A stretch of DNA of 64,000 nucleotides. Origin: Amoebidium appalachense (Eukaryota > Protista > Ichthyosporea). A model generated the notes under the pieces. That model was not told the DNA's origin. It searched no databases and saw only the letters and a program-made list of their open reading frames with translations. This document shows positions 1 to 12,919 of this stretch, piece by piece. Numbering within the stretch: the first letter of the stretch is position 1; each line of letters begins with the position of its first letter. The position numbers and the translations under genes were made by a program. Where the stretch lies: positions 1,198,448 to 1,262,447 of the forward strand of contig CAVNZM010000004.1 of assembly GCA_963693365.1 (NCBI GenBank). The letters are read 5' to 3'.

Positions 1-108
1 AGTCCCTCCAGAACCGTTTACCGTGTCCAACCCGCTTCATTCCAGGATTTCCAACCCTGTTTTCGGCCCTTACCGTGCCGTCACTGTCAATGGCCCCCTC
101 ACATTCCA

Positions 109-798
109 TTGATCTGCCCTGCATTCCGGCAGCAGTTTCCATCACGTGGCCAACCTCGTCGAGATCCCAGCTACCACCAGCTCTGCACGGGCAACAGTTA
201 CCCATGCAGCTGTTTCCCCCCATTACCTCCCGACCCCGGCCAGCAAGACATCATGATGCTGCCAGGTCCAGTCGTTCCCATCCACGTTTCCAGCCAGCTT
301 GCTGTGCTGCCTTCCCCCGTTTCCAAAGCCCCTGCATCCGACCCAGTTAACCTCCTCCGTCCGGAATTACCTGCACTTGACCCTGCCTCCGTCGTGCCTC
401 ATCCCAACCCAAATTCCGTGAAGACCTACCCCCCTCCCTGTTCGGGCTTTCCCAGTCACCCCGAGCAGCAAGCACCCTCGACGCCCCCTCCAGCGAATTC
501 CAAACTACGACAAGTCTACCCCTCCTTGGTCATCAATCCCTCCACCGGTCGCCCCACCACGTGTGGCTACCCTCGACACACCGCATCCAAATGCCGTGAC
601 CCCCGTTGTCCTGTCTACCGTTTGCGTCCTCGATACCCCCCATCCCCTATCCTCCCCCCCCCCAGCCTGAGTGGGGATGTTGTCGTCAACTACGTCGAGT
701 CTGCCAACAACTTGGCTGACATCCTTACCAAGTCACTGCCGAGTCCCAGCCATGTCACTCACCGTGATCGACTCTGTGTGCCCGACCTTGTGCAGTGA
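109..798 (+). pseudogene. Pro-rich ORF with gag-like zinc-knuckle remnant fused to copia RNase H C-terminal ~42 aa
   Basis: CGYPRHTASKCRDPRC resembles CHEPDHTIIDCPEPKC of family-A gag; tail aligns with the end of ORF 8181-10079. Confidence 0.55.
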
Positions 799-983
799 TC
801 ATCGTGTGGTCTTCTACTACACCTGGGGCCCTGGACAGCAGCTTCCTCTACACTGCTTCCCAGTTGGAACGTCTACTACTACGATTCTGTATATGTATTT
901 TTTTTTGCCTTAAGTGGGGTTTGCCCACTTTAAGGGTTCCTCGATTAGCACAACACATATACACCTGAGGCTAGCCACCTTTG

Positions 984-1463
984 TGTAAACAGTTGGACTA
1001 GTTAGGATAAGGCAGAGTACAACTGAATCAAAATAAAGACAGAGAACGGGTAGAAAGGCACACGCGGCCAGGTTGCTTTTACTATGGGCCGACTCAGTCT
1101 GTCTCAGACTTCACTGATGTGATCCCCGTACTGGGACGGCTTTCTTATATAGCCCCCAGGTTTCGGATCAAGGCCCAGGATTGGTTCATCCGCGGCCAGC
1201 GCGGGTGGCAACATGCCATTCGTGATTCTGGTGCGGTCCGAGCCAGTCAGACCTTTGTTCTATTTATGCAAACCTCTTATTGGTTCAAATCGTTTATGTG
1301 GTATGCAGCGGAAGAACCATATATGGTTCAATTCTTAGGTCAGAGTGAGTCCTATTGGTGCGGACATAATATTTATGTGATATTCATGACAAAGCACGAA
1401 TCGTGTGCTAGTAGATCACATTCTTTAGTAAACATGTACAGTTCATGTGTACAGTTGTTTACA
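984..1463 (-). repeat. Element C 3' LTR
   Basis: Direct repeat of 12920-13399; 8-bp terminal inverted repeats. Confidence 0.9.
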
Positions 1464-1475
1464 CTCCCCCCCCTT
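1464..1475 (-). promoter_or_regulatory. Polypurine tract of element C
   Basis: AAGGGGGGGGAG on minus strand abutting the 3' LTR. Confidence 0.85.
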
Positions 1476-2872
1476 GTCGGGAGCCTGGTGGTGTCGTTAG
1501 ACAAGCAAACCACCAGGCTGAGAGGCGATAAACAACCTTCAGCGAGAATTCTTGTGTGTGCCGAGCTGCTGGACAGAACAGAGCAAGGACGGTGGAATAG
1601 AGTTGTGCACGTCTATGAGCACTTCTTCATTTGCCAAAACGTAAATTCATGCAGCATTCTTCTGTGATTTCATTTTCGTGGCGAAGATTGTTGCAGAGTG
1701 TGCGTGCGAATAATTCGCTAAGCCTTCGTCTCTGTGCTTGGCTTTTCTGTAGAAGTAGTATTTTCCTTTTTGGGAATTTTTCCTTTTTAGGATACTCCCG
1801 CAGATTCGTTTTCAATTGCGAGTAATTTGGTTGTGTGGATGAATGATCATACCAAACATTCGATAATGAATATAACTCGAGCCTTAGGTCACTTCGTAGC
1901 TCAGGTAGTGGTGGATAGCTTCAAGGCTTAGCCGCTGCTCCTTATCCCGGTTCTACCTTAAGACTGTAAGGCGAGTCACCATGGCCGGAAAAGCCACTTC
2001 TTTCATGAACAAAGAGCACTTCTTTCCTTTCAGCTTTAACCCTGCATCATCGGAGCTGGGAAAAACAGAATAAAAATGCCCAAGTGCTCTTCGTTGGGCG
2101 ACATAAAGAAATATATCAGCCCGTCAGAATTCGAACCAGTAAAAACCCGGTTCATAATTCATAAGAAGAGGGTAGGCAAAGCAAACCTTCTTCAGAAAAC
2201 ACATGCTTCCATTCGTGAGCAGTTTTCGTATCCCATTTGCCAGCCATTTTCGTTGAGCAGGGGGATTCCAGGCATAATACATTCTTCTGGAGGCTTGGCC
2301 TAAAAAGAAAAGTCGTCGCAGTCGCCCTTTCTTTTGTAAGCAACTTCGTGAGCGCGCTTCGTGTTTTCATATCCTCCAGTGCAGGTCTGGATGGTGCCCC
2401 ATCCTCTGCTTCATTTGTAGGTGGCCCTACTGTAGGTTCTGTTCGTTGTGTGGAATACCAAAACCATTCGTATTCGTGGAACTGCTTTGTGCTGTGCTTT
2501 CTTTCGTGTTGGTGTTCATGAAGTTACCCCGTTCACACACCCTACTTCTTACATACATTAGATGTAAGTAGCTGCCTGGTGAGTGTGTGGTTCGTGTTCG
2601 TTGGACCCTTCCGTTACTTCCTAAGAAGAGCATTTCGTTTTAGCAGAGGTACCCAATAAGGCAGCTTGTGGGGTTCTCTCCCGCCTGTGCCCATTGGTGG
2701 GGTCTGTACGTGCTATAGGGTTACAGTGTCATCGGGTTTTGCCGGGGAATAACACGGCCATCTCCGTACCAGGGCCAAGGTCACATGATGGTTCAATGTA
2801 TTAAACAACAACACCTTGCATTCTTATTCGTCCCGCAACCACACTTTCTTCACTAGTGACGGGGGGTATTCT

Positions 2873-3807
2873 TGTTATAATACGTAGTATTTACATATTG
2901 TAAGATCTTCTCAGTTCGTGTTATGTTTTCATTCATTTACTTAATGAAAAAGATGTGCTCCTTGTACGTAAATTATGACATCGATCTCCAGTGTATTTGA
3001 GTACTTGTAATCGTGTTGTGTCGGCTATATTCGTGTGTTTAGATATCGATTACAGCAACTGATTATAGGTACACGAGTCTACCCAGTGAGGGAGACACGT
3101 GTACATGTTATGTGTACATGAATATCTTCGGTTATAACTGTGTTTTGCTGTTCGTGTTTTCTGTCCTGCTTTCTTTTCTTTTTCCTCTTTCTTCGTCTTT
3201 TCTTTTCTCTTTCTTTCTTCTCTTGTTTCCTTTCATTTAATTATATTTCTCTCTCACTAATATACGTTGAGTAGATTTATATTACTCGTTATGTTTTGAT
3301 TGGTAGAAAAACACTTAGGTTACACTTTAGCTTGTCAGGTATGATTCATAGCTTAGTCAACCACTTTTGTTTTGTGTGTTGCCGTACTATATCCAATCAG
3401 TGGACTTAGTCAGAAAATGTCTGAGTCTTTGTAGCCGATGATAGGTTAGAAACACCACCTCTTTCCTCGTTACTCTTCACCTCTTTTCTTTCTTATAGCT
3501 GTGACCTATGGTGTGTGTTCCCGCGTCTCCGGATCTATCCGGGAAATAATCAGTTAATTATGATTGGTTATTTTAGACATAGATCTGAATTCCGACTGGT
3601 CGGAAATCATGTATGGATTTAACTTAAGGGAATTTCAGGTATTTATTAGCGATCAAAATAAATTGAGTTCAGTCGTGTCTAAACATTGATGTCTGTTGTG
3701 TACACTGCTCCGATCGTTCCGTGTTTTGTTGTTGTGTGTGTCTGTGGTGTTTTCACACTGCACCACTGTGTCTCTGCTTACATCCTAAATACTTATAGAA
3801 TTTAACA
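2873..3807 (+). mobile_element. Solo LTR, copia family A (diverged in the middle)
   Basis: TGTTATAA...TTTAACA termini as at 4684-5608; TSD ATTCT (2868-2872, 3808-3812). Confidence 0.9.
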
Positions 3808-4683
3808 ATTCTTTATTCGAAAGGCTTCCAGCCAAAATACTGACACTGTATGCTGGTGTTGTGGGGGAACGGTGCCCATACCACATTCTTTTATTCTGGT
3901 GGGGTTGTGCCGGCAGCAATTTTTATATTTTTGCAAGGCTCGACAGTGTAATTCATATGTTACAGTATTGCCACAGACTGGCAAGTACCATTAAATTCGT
4001 ACCCCACACCTTCGTTTGTCTTTCACATGCACGAACAAAAGTTCTGCATCGACTTTATTAACAACATGCCTTCTGTGCACCAAGAGTGCAAATTCGTTTG
4101 GGCATGGCACCAGTAAGGGTGACGTGAGGTACTTCGTATTGTTTAGGCATGCAGGCATACATTCGTGCGCATGTTGTGCATCCTGTGCGCTAAACTATGG
4201 GGCATGCTGTATTGGAGAACAGCAAGGGATTCGAAGCATGCATGCAACACTACTTTCATAAGATCTTAGGTCCTACATGCTATAGCAACAGCGACTATCT
4301 TCTTTGTTAAGTGCATTTGTGCTGAAAGTGGCCGTGCATCTGAGTTGCGAGTGTGGACGTGCACGCAGTGGCATGGACACGATGACAGTGTGCAATAGCA
4401 CAATGCACGCAAGAGCAACAGTTTCCTTTTCTTCGTAACATTGGGGCTGTGTGCATTGCAACCCAAGCAGTGTTGTGCATTCGTTCTTTTCATTTTCGTA
4501 TTTCCAGTTCATTTTGCTTTCGTTTTTCGTTTTTTGTCGTTTGATAACTTCGTTACTTCGTTTTGTTTTCGTGTTGCATTCATTTCGTATTTCCTCTATG
4601 CAATCGTTTGTCGTTAATTCTTTATTTCATTGCGTATTCGTGATGGTTCGTTTTTCGTTGGTTCATTGCTTCGTTAGCAATTC

Positions 4684-5608
4684 TGTTATAATACGTAGTA
4701 TTTACATATTGTAAGATCTTCTCAGTTCGTGTTATGTTTTCATTCATTTACTTAATGAAAAAGATGTGCTCCTTGTACGTAAATTATGACATCGATCTCC
4801 AGTGTATTTGAGTACTTGTAATCGTGTTGTATCGGCTTTAATCGTGTATTGTAATATCGATTAGAATATTTATATGTGTGTACACGGATCCACCCACTCA
4901 GGGAGAGACGTGTACATGTTCGTGTGTACATAAATATCTCTGGTTATAGTTATGCTATTACTATCTTGTTTGTTGATCTGTGCTCTCTTTTCCTTCCTCT
5001 TTCTCCTTCCTTATTTTCTTTTCTTTCTCTCCTTGTCTTCATGTGTATAATCGTATTTCTTTTCTACTAATATATGTTAGGTAGATTTGTGTTACTTAAT
5101 ACGTGTTCATTGGACGGTAACACACTTAGGCTACACTTAGAATAGCATGTGTGTTTAGACTTCATTAATTCACTTTAGTTTTCATGTGTTGCCGGGCTTT
5201 AACCAATCATCAAGGTTAAGTGTGATATGTCTGAGTCTTTGCAGTATGTCATAGGTTAGAACTTCCTTGATGATGACACGAGTTGATCTTAACTAGTGTC
5301 TGTGTCCTATCGTGTACGCCTCCGCGTACCGGATCTCTCTGAAAGCAATTGGTTCTTAGTGATTGGTTTCTATTAGAGATGGATCTGATTTCCGACTGGT
5401 CGGAAATCATGTATGGATTGGACTTAGAGGAATTTCAGGTATTTATTCGAAGATCAGAATAAATTCAGTTCAGTCGTGTCTAAACATTGATGTCTGTTGT
5501 GTACACTGCTCCGATCGTTCCGTGTTTTGTTGTTGTGTGTGTCTGTGGTGTTTTCACACTGCACCACTGTGTCTCTGCTTACATCCTAAATACTTATAGA
5601 ATTTAACA
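4684..5608 (+). repeat. Copia A 5' LTR
   Basis: TG...CA; direct repeat of 11636-12561. Confidence 0.95.
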
Positions 5609-5634
5609 GGTTATGCAGCCCTTTTGCACGCTCC
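5609..5634 (+). promoter_or_regulatory. PBS, half-tRNA-iMet (copia/Ty5) type with bulges
   Basis: GGTTATGCAGCCCTTTTGCACGCTCC versus tRNA-iMet complement GGTTATG(G/A)GCCCAGCACGCTTCC. Confidence 0.7.
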
Positions 5635-5670
5635 CTACACACATCTAGAACTCGCGCTCGTTTTTCAATC

Positions 5671-8600
5671 ATGGATCCAAACAAAACTGGCGTAAACAAA
5701 ATCACCATGTGGAAAGGTGAAGGGAAGACTGGTCCCGATAGCAAAACTACCTATTTTCAATGGGAAATCATTTTTCTCGGCATGATGACCGGCACTAAAG
5801 GTGTCCGACTCGTGGATGTTGTCCTTGCTGACAACTACGTCCCCCCTACCACCGTCGCGGTTGACGGTGAACCCCCCTTCTATGGCTACGGCACTACCGC
5901 GGAACTCAAAGAGGCCCGCAATTGCCTCCTGCTCCATATGATACAGAACATCGACCCTTCCGTCCTCACCACCGTTGCCCAGTACCGTATTGGCATGGAC
6001 CCTGAACGGGCCATGTGGAAATTCCGTCAACACTATCTCCAAGGCAAACCCGATCAGATCCGCATCCTTCACCGTCAGTGGGATGCCTGTGCCCTTCAGC
6101 CCGGTGAATCATTCACCACCTACCTGAGCCGTCTGCAGACCATCGTGAACCAGCTCCAGTCTCTCCAAGATGAGTCCATTCACTTCACTCGTCTAGCTGA
6201 GAAGTTCTTCAATGAACTCACCACCAGAGACGACCTCACCCCTGAGTTCAATCGTCTTATCGAAGACTATCACTTCGGTGATAAGCTATTCCCCGACTTC
6301 GAGTCCCTCCATAACCACGTCAAGGGCATCGAGTTACGTCAAGACCTCAAGATGCAACTCCGGAACAACCGTGCCCACCGTGCCTCCAAGTCCAGCATGG
6401 CATTAAATGCCAGTGCTCCCCCCCGTGATCTTCCTCGCCGTGACTTACGCACCCGACTTGACCGTACCTCTGGCACGGACCTCCGAACTCGTCTCTCCCG
6501 TCAGCACACCCGATCCCGTTCCCCCCACCGGCCTGCCTTCCGGTCCACGTCTCGTTCCCCCAGTCGTTCCCGTTTCTCGGGTTCCCGTCGTTCTGATTCC
6601 CCGGCTCGTTCTAACACCCCGTCCGTGAAAGAATGCTCCTACTGCCACGAGCCTGATCACACGATCATCGATTGCCCTGAGCCGAAATGCCGTATGTCCA
6701 GACACAACCGTTCCCGTCAAGGCAGTGAGAAATCTGTCTCCTTTGCTTTCTCGGCATACAATGCTAGCTCCGTCCCCGTGTCCTCCGACCCTGCCTGGGA
6801 TTCCGGGTGCAACATGACTGTTTGCCCCACCCGTGAGTTCTTCCATGACCTCACTCCCCTTCCGACACCGACTCCCGTTGCTGCCTTCAATGGCACCCCC
6901 GTCTTGGCCACTCACACCGGCCATATCGTCATCAACACCACCACCGACCATGGCACTACCACCCTAACCATTGAAGCCTACTACACCCCGTCTGGCCAAG
7001 CCTTCCTCATTTCAACATCCCAAGCTGCTGCCGAATACATCAAGGGTGATTTGAACGATGCCTCCACTCCGTCATTCCTCTTCGACCGACTCACCGGCCG
7101 TCATCTCGTCAACCTCCGTCTACACAACGGTCTGTATTACTTCAAGGACTACACCATTCAACCACCCACTCGTCCTGTGGCTCTGGCTGCCACTACCAGT
7201 GTTAACCCATCCATCTGGCACCATCGTCTGGGGCACCGAGCTATGACCAGCATCAAGGACATGGTGAAACACGACCTTGTTATTGGTCTCCCCTCCTCTG
7301 TCCTCGCCTGTGATGTTCCTGATTGTCATGGCTGCATTATGGGTAAGACCACCAAGGCTCCGTTCAGGGGTGACCGTCCTCACTCCAACATCCCCGGTCA
7401 TGAATGGCATTGGGATTTTTTTGAGCCTACCACAACATCGTACGGAGGTTCCAAGGTTGCTCTCGTCACTGTCTGCCGTGCCTCTGGCCTCGTCAAGATC
7501 TACCCGATGGCCGACCGTACCACCACCCTGGATATTCTCACAGCTCACACCAACCTCGTTGCCACCCATGCCCCCTCCAAAGTTGGTGTTTACCACTTCG
7601 ACTCCGGCTCTGAGTTCACCTCCAAGGATACCCGTGCTTTTTGCCTCTCCCAGGGCATCAAGGCCAGCTATGCTCCGGTGGACTGCCCTCAACTGAACGG
7701 CTATGTTGAACGACGTATGCGGTTCCTCCAAGAGATTGTCCGTTGCCTCCTCCATCAAGTCCAAGATCAATCTCTGTCTCCCAAACTGTGGGCTGAGGCC
7801 CTCCAACATGCCGCCTACATCATCAACGTCACCCCGTCCACGACTGCCAATGGTCGTACACCATTCGAGGTTTTCTACGGTGTCAAGCCCGACATCTCCG
7901 AGCTCAAAGTGTTCGGTTGCCCTGCCTACACTCACGTGTCAGCCTCTAAACGGAACAAGCTGGCCCCCACCGTCAAACTCGGCATGTATATCGGCTATGA
8001 TCTTCAATCACACTGCCACCGGATCTTCAATGCCACCACCCATCGTGTCGGCCTCTTCCGTGATGTGATTTTCGACGAATCAGCTTATCTCCCGTCCGAC
8101 ATTCCATCAACCCTTCCGACCCCCGACACCACTGCTACCTCGACCACCCCACCCCCCACAGTTGACACTGAAGATGATGTTTGTCTGGTGTACTCTGGCC
8201 CCCCTCCTGCCATCGTCGTTCCCCCCGACACCCCCCCCCACCGGCCCCCCTGCCCCCGTGCCCGTCCAGCCTGCCGACCCTCATCCTGCCCCTGGCAACG
8301 TCACACCCATCCGACCCGGCTCCCCCGACAACTTCCACTCGGCCCCGTCCAGCCCGGAGGTTGCCCCCCCCTGCACTTCCGAACTTCCAAGTTCCCCCCC
8401 CACCGTCTCCACCTACCCCGGTTCCTGCACCCCGTCGTTCTGCCCGTCTCCAGGGCAAGGTTGGACTTCAAGCCACCACCACCCTGCCAGTCCCCCCCGG
8501 TCCCCCCATCAACATCGACCAACTACCCAAACTTGTCCGTCAACTCTGTTCCGGACCCAATGGTGATCAGGTCAAGTCAGCCCTGACTGCTGAGTATCAA

Positions 8601-10079
8601 GCCTTCGTCGACAAAGACATCTTTGAACTTGTTGACCCTCCCCCTGGTGCTAACATCGTCGGCTTCAAGTGGATTGTCTCCGAGAAAACTCTCAACTCGG
8701 CTGGTGACACCAAGATCAAGGCACGTGGTGTTGCTCAAGGCTTCAGTCAGCAATACGGTGTTGACTATGAGTTGATTGAGAGCCCTGTCATCCGTCCGGC
8801 TGCTCTCCGTGCCATCCTAGCTCTGGCCGTTGTTGAAGGTCATGACATACATCAACTCGACGTGTCTACGGCCTTTCTCAACAGCCCACTCACCGAGACC
8901 ATCTACATGAAACAACCCCCGGGATTCATCACCATGGCCACACTTGGCAAGGTCTGGAGACTCAAGAAAGCCCTGTACGGCCTCAAGCAAGCCTCCAAGG
9001 CTTGGTACGACTTCCTCGACGGCATTCTTCTTGCCCATGGCCTGACCCGTACTAAGACCGACCCGTGCATCTACCTCCGGTTCTTCCCCAACAACGATGT
9101 GGTACGGGCTGGTAACTACGTCGATGACTCCACCATCACCAACACCCGGGGTTCTACTGCTGCCAGTGACCTGGCTGCCCACATCAGCAAGATGGCCAGC
9201 TGTCGTATGAGTCCATTTGACCGTATGCTCGGTGTTGATTTTAATCACTCTGATCCCCATCACCTCCACATGCACCAGAGGTCTTACATCATGGATATCA
9301 TCCACGACTTCAACCTCACCGATGCCAAGTCCAAGTCTACCCCCATCCCTGCAGGCACCACCGTCTCCCTGGCTGATTGCCCCCCCCAACCGTTCACCGT
9401 GCCCTACCGTGAGTTACTCGGCCGTCTCCTCTGGGTGGCACGGTGCACACGTCCCGACATTGCCTATGCCATCGGCTTCCTTGGTCGGTTCAGCACCAAC
9501 CCCGGCAAGACTCACTGGGACCTTCTCCGTCGTGTGGCCCGGTACCTGCTCGGCACCATTGACCTTGGCATTGACTACAAGTACTCGGCCACCCAGTCCC
9601 CCATACTCGAATGCTACACGGATGCTGACTTTGCTGGTTGTGCCGACAGCAAGAAGTCTACCACCGGCTACATTATCGTGTTTGCTGGTATGCCCGTCAT
9701 CTGGTACTCCAAGCTCCAGCCCATCACGGCCACCAGCACCACTGAAGCTGAGCTGATTGCTCTCAATGCTGGCACCCAAGAAGTTGCTTGGGTCCGTGAC
9801 CTCTTCAAGGAACTCGGCTGTCCCATGCTTGCTCCGACTCCGGTGTACTGTGACAACCAGTCGACCATTGCCATCGTCAACTCCACCGGCATCAAGCACC
9901 GTACCAAACACATTGCCGTCCGGTATCACAACACCAAGGACTACATTGCCAGTGGGGACGTGGTTGTCCACTACGTTGAGTCAGCCCACAACTTAGCTGA
10001 CATACTCACCAAACCCCTCCCCGGCCCGAGTCATGTCCACCATCGTGCTCGACTTTGTTTACCGGATATTGTGGATTGA
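5671..10079 (+). CDS. gag-pol: Copia A Gag-Pol polyprotein (two apparent frameshifts in C-runs at ~8220-8370)
   Basis: Cx2Cx4Hx4C knuckle; protease WDSGC; integrase WHHRLGH..CHGC, WDFF/FDSGSEF/NGYVER; RT KARGVAQG, QLDVSTAFLN, ALYGLKQA, YVDD; RNase H YTDADFA, TEAEL, DNQS, ADILTK. Confidence 0.93.
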
Positions 10080-10503
10080 CCCGACCTACTTCAAGAGTGA
10101 TTTTCTCATGTGTACTACTTACTTTATCAACATCATTATATCATATGTATTGCCTTTGTGGGTATGCCCACTTAGGGTTTATATATAAGGTTTGACCTGT
10201 ACCATCACTCTACTCTATCTTTCACTGGTTTAAAACCCAGTTAATCAAACACCGCCTATACACGTTATATATATTCGTTGTTTTTGCCCCGGTTCCTTCC
10301 CCCCCCCCCCCCCCCCCCCCCTTCCCCCCCCCCCCTTCCCCCCCCCTTCCCCCCCCCCCTTCCCCCCCCCCTTCCCCCCCCCCCCCCCCCCCCTTCTCCC
10401 CCCCCCCCCCCCCCGGGAAAAGTACACACTTTAATTTTTTTTTTTTTTTCCGTTTCTGTTCTCAAGTGGGGAGATTTCACTAGTTCAGTGGGGATATGAT
10501 AAC

Positions 10504-10697
10504 GGGGTTTACGCTGTTTACTCGAGGCAAAGAGAACCAGTCTCAGGTATGGGGGGGGGGTTTTGCTCGGAATATCCCCTCAGCGGTATATCATGATCAC
10601 GTACATAGATGTCGGGTGGTGACTATATATCAGGGTTTACTTTCTCTACGAGACACCATAAAGACTACAAGGAGAAATCAATTAGTTGGGGTTCCCC

Positions 10698-10733
<36 letters not shown>

Positions 10734-10765
10734 GGGCTCCCCTCGGGACACTCGGTATCAGCTGG

Positions 10766-10814
<49 letters not shown>

Positions 10815-11603
10815 GTGTGTGTGTGTGCGCGTGCGCTATAATTTTGTAGTGATTGTTTCTCAAGCCAATCAATACATCTAATAAACAGGTCGTAGTTACG
10901 CGTTTTAGTATAAAATCAAGGATGTTGTAATTTACAGGTAGGCTATCTTTCTGGGTGTCTGTTGTGAATGTGACGTGTGTGTGTTGCGGTATTATGTGGT
11001 CTATCAAACTACATTTGGCGATACATGACCGGTTAAACTGGTGTGTGTGTGTGTTGTTTGGGCATGCAAATGATGCCACCTTATACTTATTAGATCTCCA
11101 CTGTATAGCACGTGTACAGTAAAAGCGTGGTAATTGATCAATAATACCATCAGCTAGAGAAAGACCAGTTCTACAGGAAGGTAATATGTATTTAGGTGTT
11201 ATACACTTGCGAGTGCCATATTTGGCAATATGGTTGAGGCGGTCAGTATATATAAAACGAGACATAAGGCTTAGTTTTTCAAGGTGTATGCTTTCATCGG
11301 GTCTAGTGTCGTGTGGTATCTTTTTCCATTTGTTATATTGCGTGATTATCTTGTGATTGTGTACATGTTTAATAAGTAAGTGGCAGTCCAAAGTCACACA
11401 CACACTATTGCGGGGTTTATTTGTATTTGTGCCCAGGGGAGAAGGGGAGAGAGAGGGGGAGGAAAGAGGGGAGAGGTGAGGAGGGGACAGGTCGGATAGA
11501 GAAGAGAGGGTGGGAGGGCAAATACTTCTTTAAGCGGCTTATGTGCTTATTGAATTTCAGCGCGAGATAGGATACTCTAGCAGCTATTGGGACCAGACCA
11601 TAT
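10504..11603 (-). mobile_element. 1.1-kb 3' fragment of LINE family L inserted in the copia A 3' UTR
   Basis: Matches the 3' part of the RT ORF at 42698ff; 10-bp TSD ATATGATAAC (10494-10503, 11600-11609); empty site seen at 13640-13650. Confidence 0.9.
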
Positions 11604-11635
11604 GATAACACAAACTTCAAAGTCTTAAGTGGGGA

Positions 11636-12561
11636 TGTTATAATACGTAGTATTTACATATTGTAAGATCTTCTCAGTTCGTGTTATGTTTTCATTCATT
11701 TACTTAATGAAAAAGATGTGCTCCTTGTACGTAAATTATGACATCGATCTCCAGTGTATTTGAGTACTTGTAATCGTGTTGTATCGGCTTTAATCGTGTA
11801 TTGTAATATCGATTAGAATATTTATATGTGTGTACACGGATCCACCCACTCAGGGAGAGACGTGTACATGTTCGTGTGTACATAAATATCTCTGGTTATA
11901 GTTATGCTATTACTCTCTTGTTTGTTGATCTGTGCTCTCTTTTCCTTCCTCTTTCTCCTTCCTTATTTTCTTTTTCTTTCTCTCCTTGTCTTCATGTGTA
12001 TAATCGTATTTCTTTTCTACTAATATATGTTAGGTAGATTTGTGTTACTTAATACGTGTTCATTGGACGGTAACACACTTAGGCTACACTTAGAATAGCA
12101 TGTGTGTTTAGACTTCATTAATTCACTTTAGTTTTCATGTGTTGCCGGGCTTTAACCAATCATCAAGGTTAAGTGTGATATGTCTGAGTCTTTGCAGTAT
12201 GTCATAGGTTAGAACTTCCTTGATGATGACACGAGTTGATCTTAACTAGTGTCTGTGTCCTATCGTGTACGCCTCCGCGTACCGGATCTCTCTGAAAGCA
12301 ATTGGTTCTTAGTGATTGGTTTCTATTAGAGATGGATCTGATTTCCGACTGGTCGGAAATCATGTATGGATTGGACTTAGAGGAATTTCAGGTATTTATT
12401 CGAAGATCAGAATAAATTCAGTTCAGTCGTGTCTAAACATTGATGTCTGTTGTGTACACTGCTCCGATCGTTCCGTGTTTTGTTGTTGTGTGTGTCTGTG
12501 GTGTTTTCACACTGCACCACTGTGTCTCTGCTTACATCCTAAATACTTATAGAATTTAACA
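11636..12561 (+). repeat. Copia A 3' LTR (PPT AAGTGGGGA directly upstream)
   Basis: Direct repeat of 4684-5608. Confidence 0.95.
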
Positions 12562-12861
12562 AATTCTTTATTCGTTTGTTCGTGTATTCGTTGTTTCGTT
12601 GTGTATTCGTTTTTCTTCACATTTTTGATGTGTCGTAGCAAAAGAAGTTTTACATGCTTTCAATTCTTTCCGTGTAGGTGGGCTGGCCACTTCAAACTTG
12701 TAGGTGTATATATTCTAAGCCGGACAAGGAAAGATGTGCCTATCATCGGGGTAAGAAGGATTGTGATCGGCCATGGGAGATTCTTGAGCTGATTGAAAGA
12801 TGTGAGATTCTTGAACTGATTGAAAGATGTGAGATTCGAAGGATGCGAGATTCTTGAACTG

Positions 12862-12918
12862 CGCGGTCGCCAATGTAAACAGTTGGCAATGTATAACAGT
12901 GTCCTGCCGCGGTCGCCA
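12862..12918 (-). promoter_or_regulatory. Duplicated PBS of element C (tRNA-Arg(UCG) type)
   Basis: TGGCGACCGCG at 12862-12872 and 18-nt TGGCGACCGCGGCAGGAC at 12901-12918 (minus strand). Confidence 0.85.
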
Positions 12919-12919
12919 A

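Larger units (their letters stand above)
4684..12561 (+). mobile_element. Full-length Ty1/copia retrotransposon, family A
   Basis: Near-identical LTRs, TSD AATTC (4679-4683, 12562-12566), PBS, PPT, domain order gag-PR-IN-RT-RH; empty site visible in the second element C copy near 62045-62060. Confidence 0.95.

Noticed and set aside
1119-1667. Repeated ORF MIPVLGRLSY... (also at 13055 and 61253) and other ORFs repeated within LTRs
   Set aside because: They lie inside LTRs, mostly lack ATG starts and recognisable domains, and recur only because the LTRs repeat
5665-9971. Long antisense ORFs over copia gag-pol (likewise over the B copies)
   Set aside because: Shadow frames expected from C-rich codon bias; no domain signal
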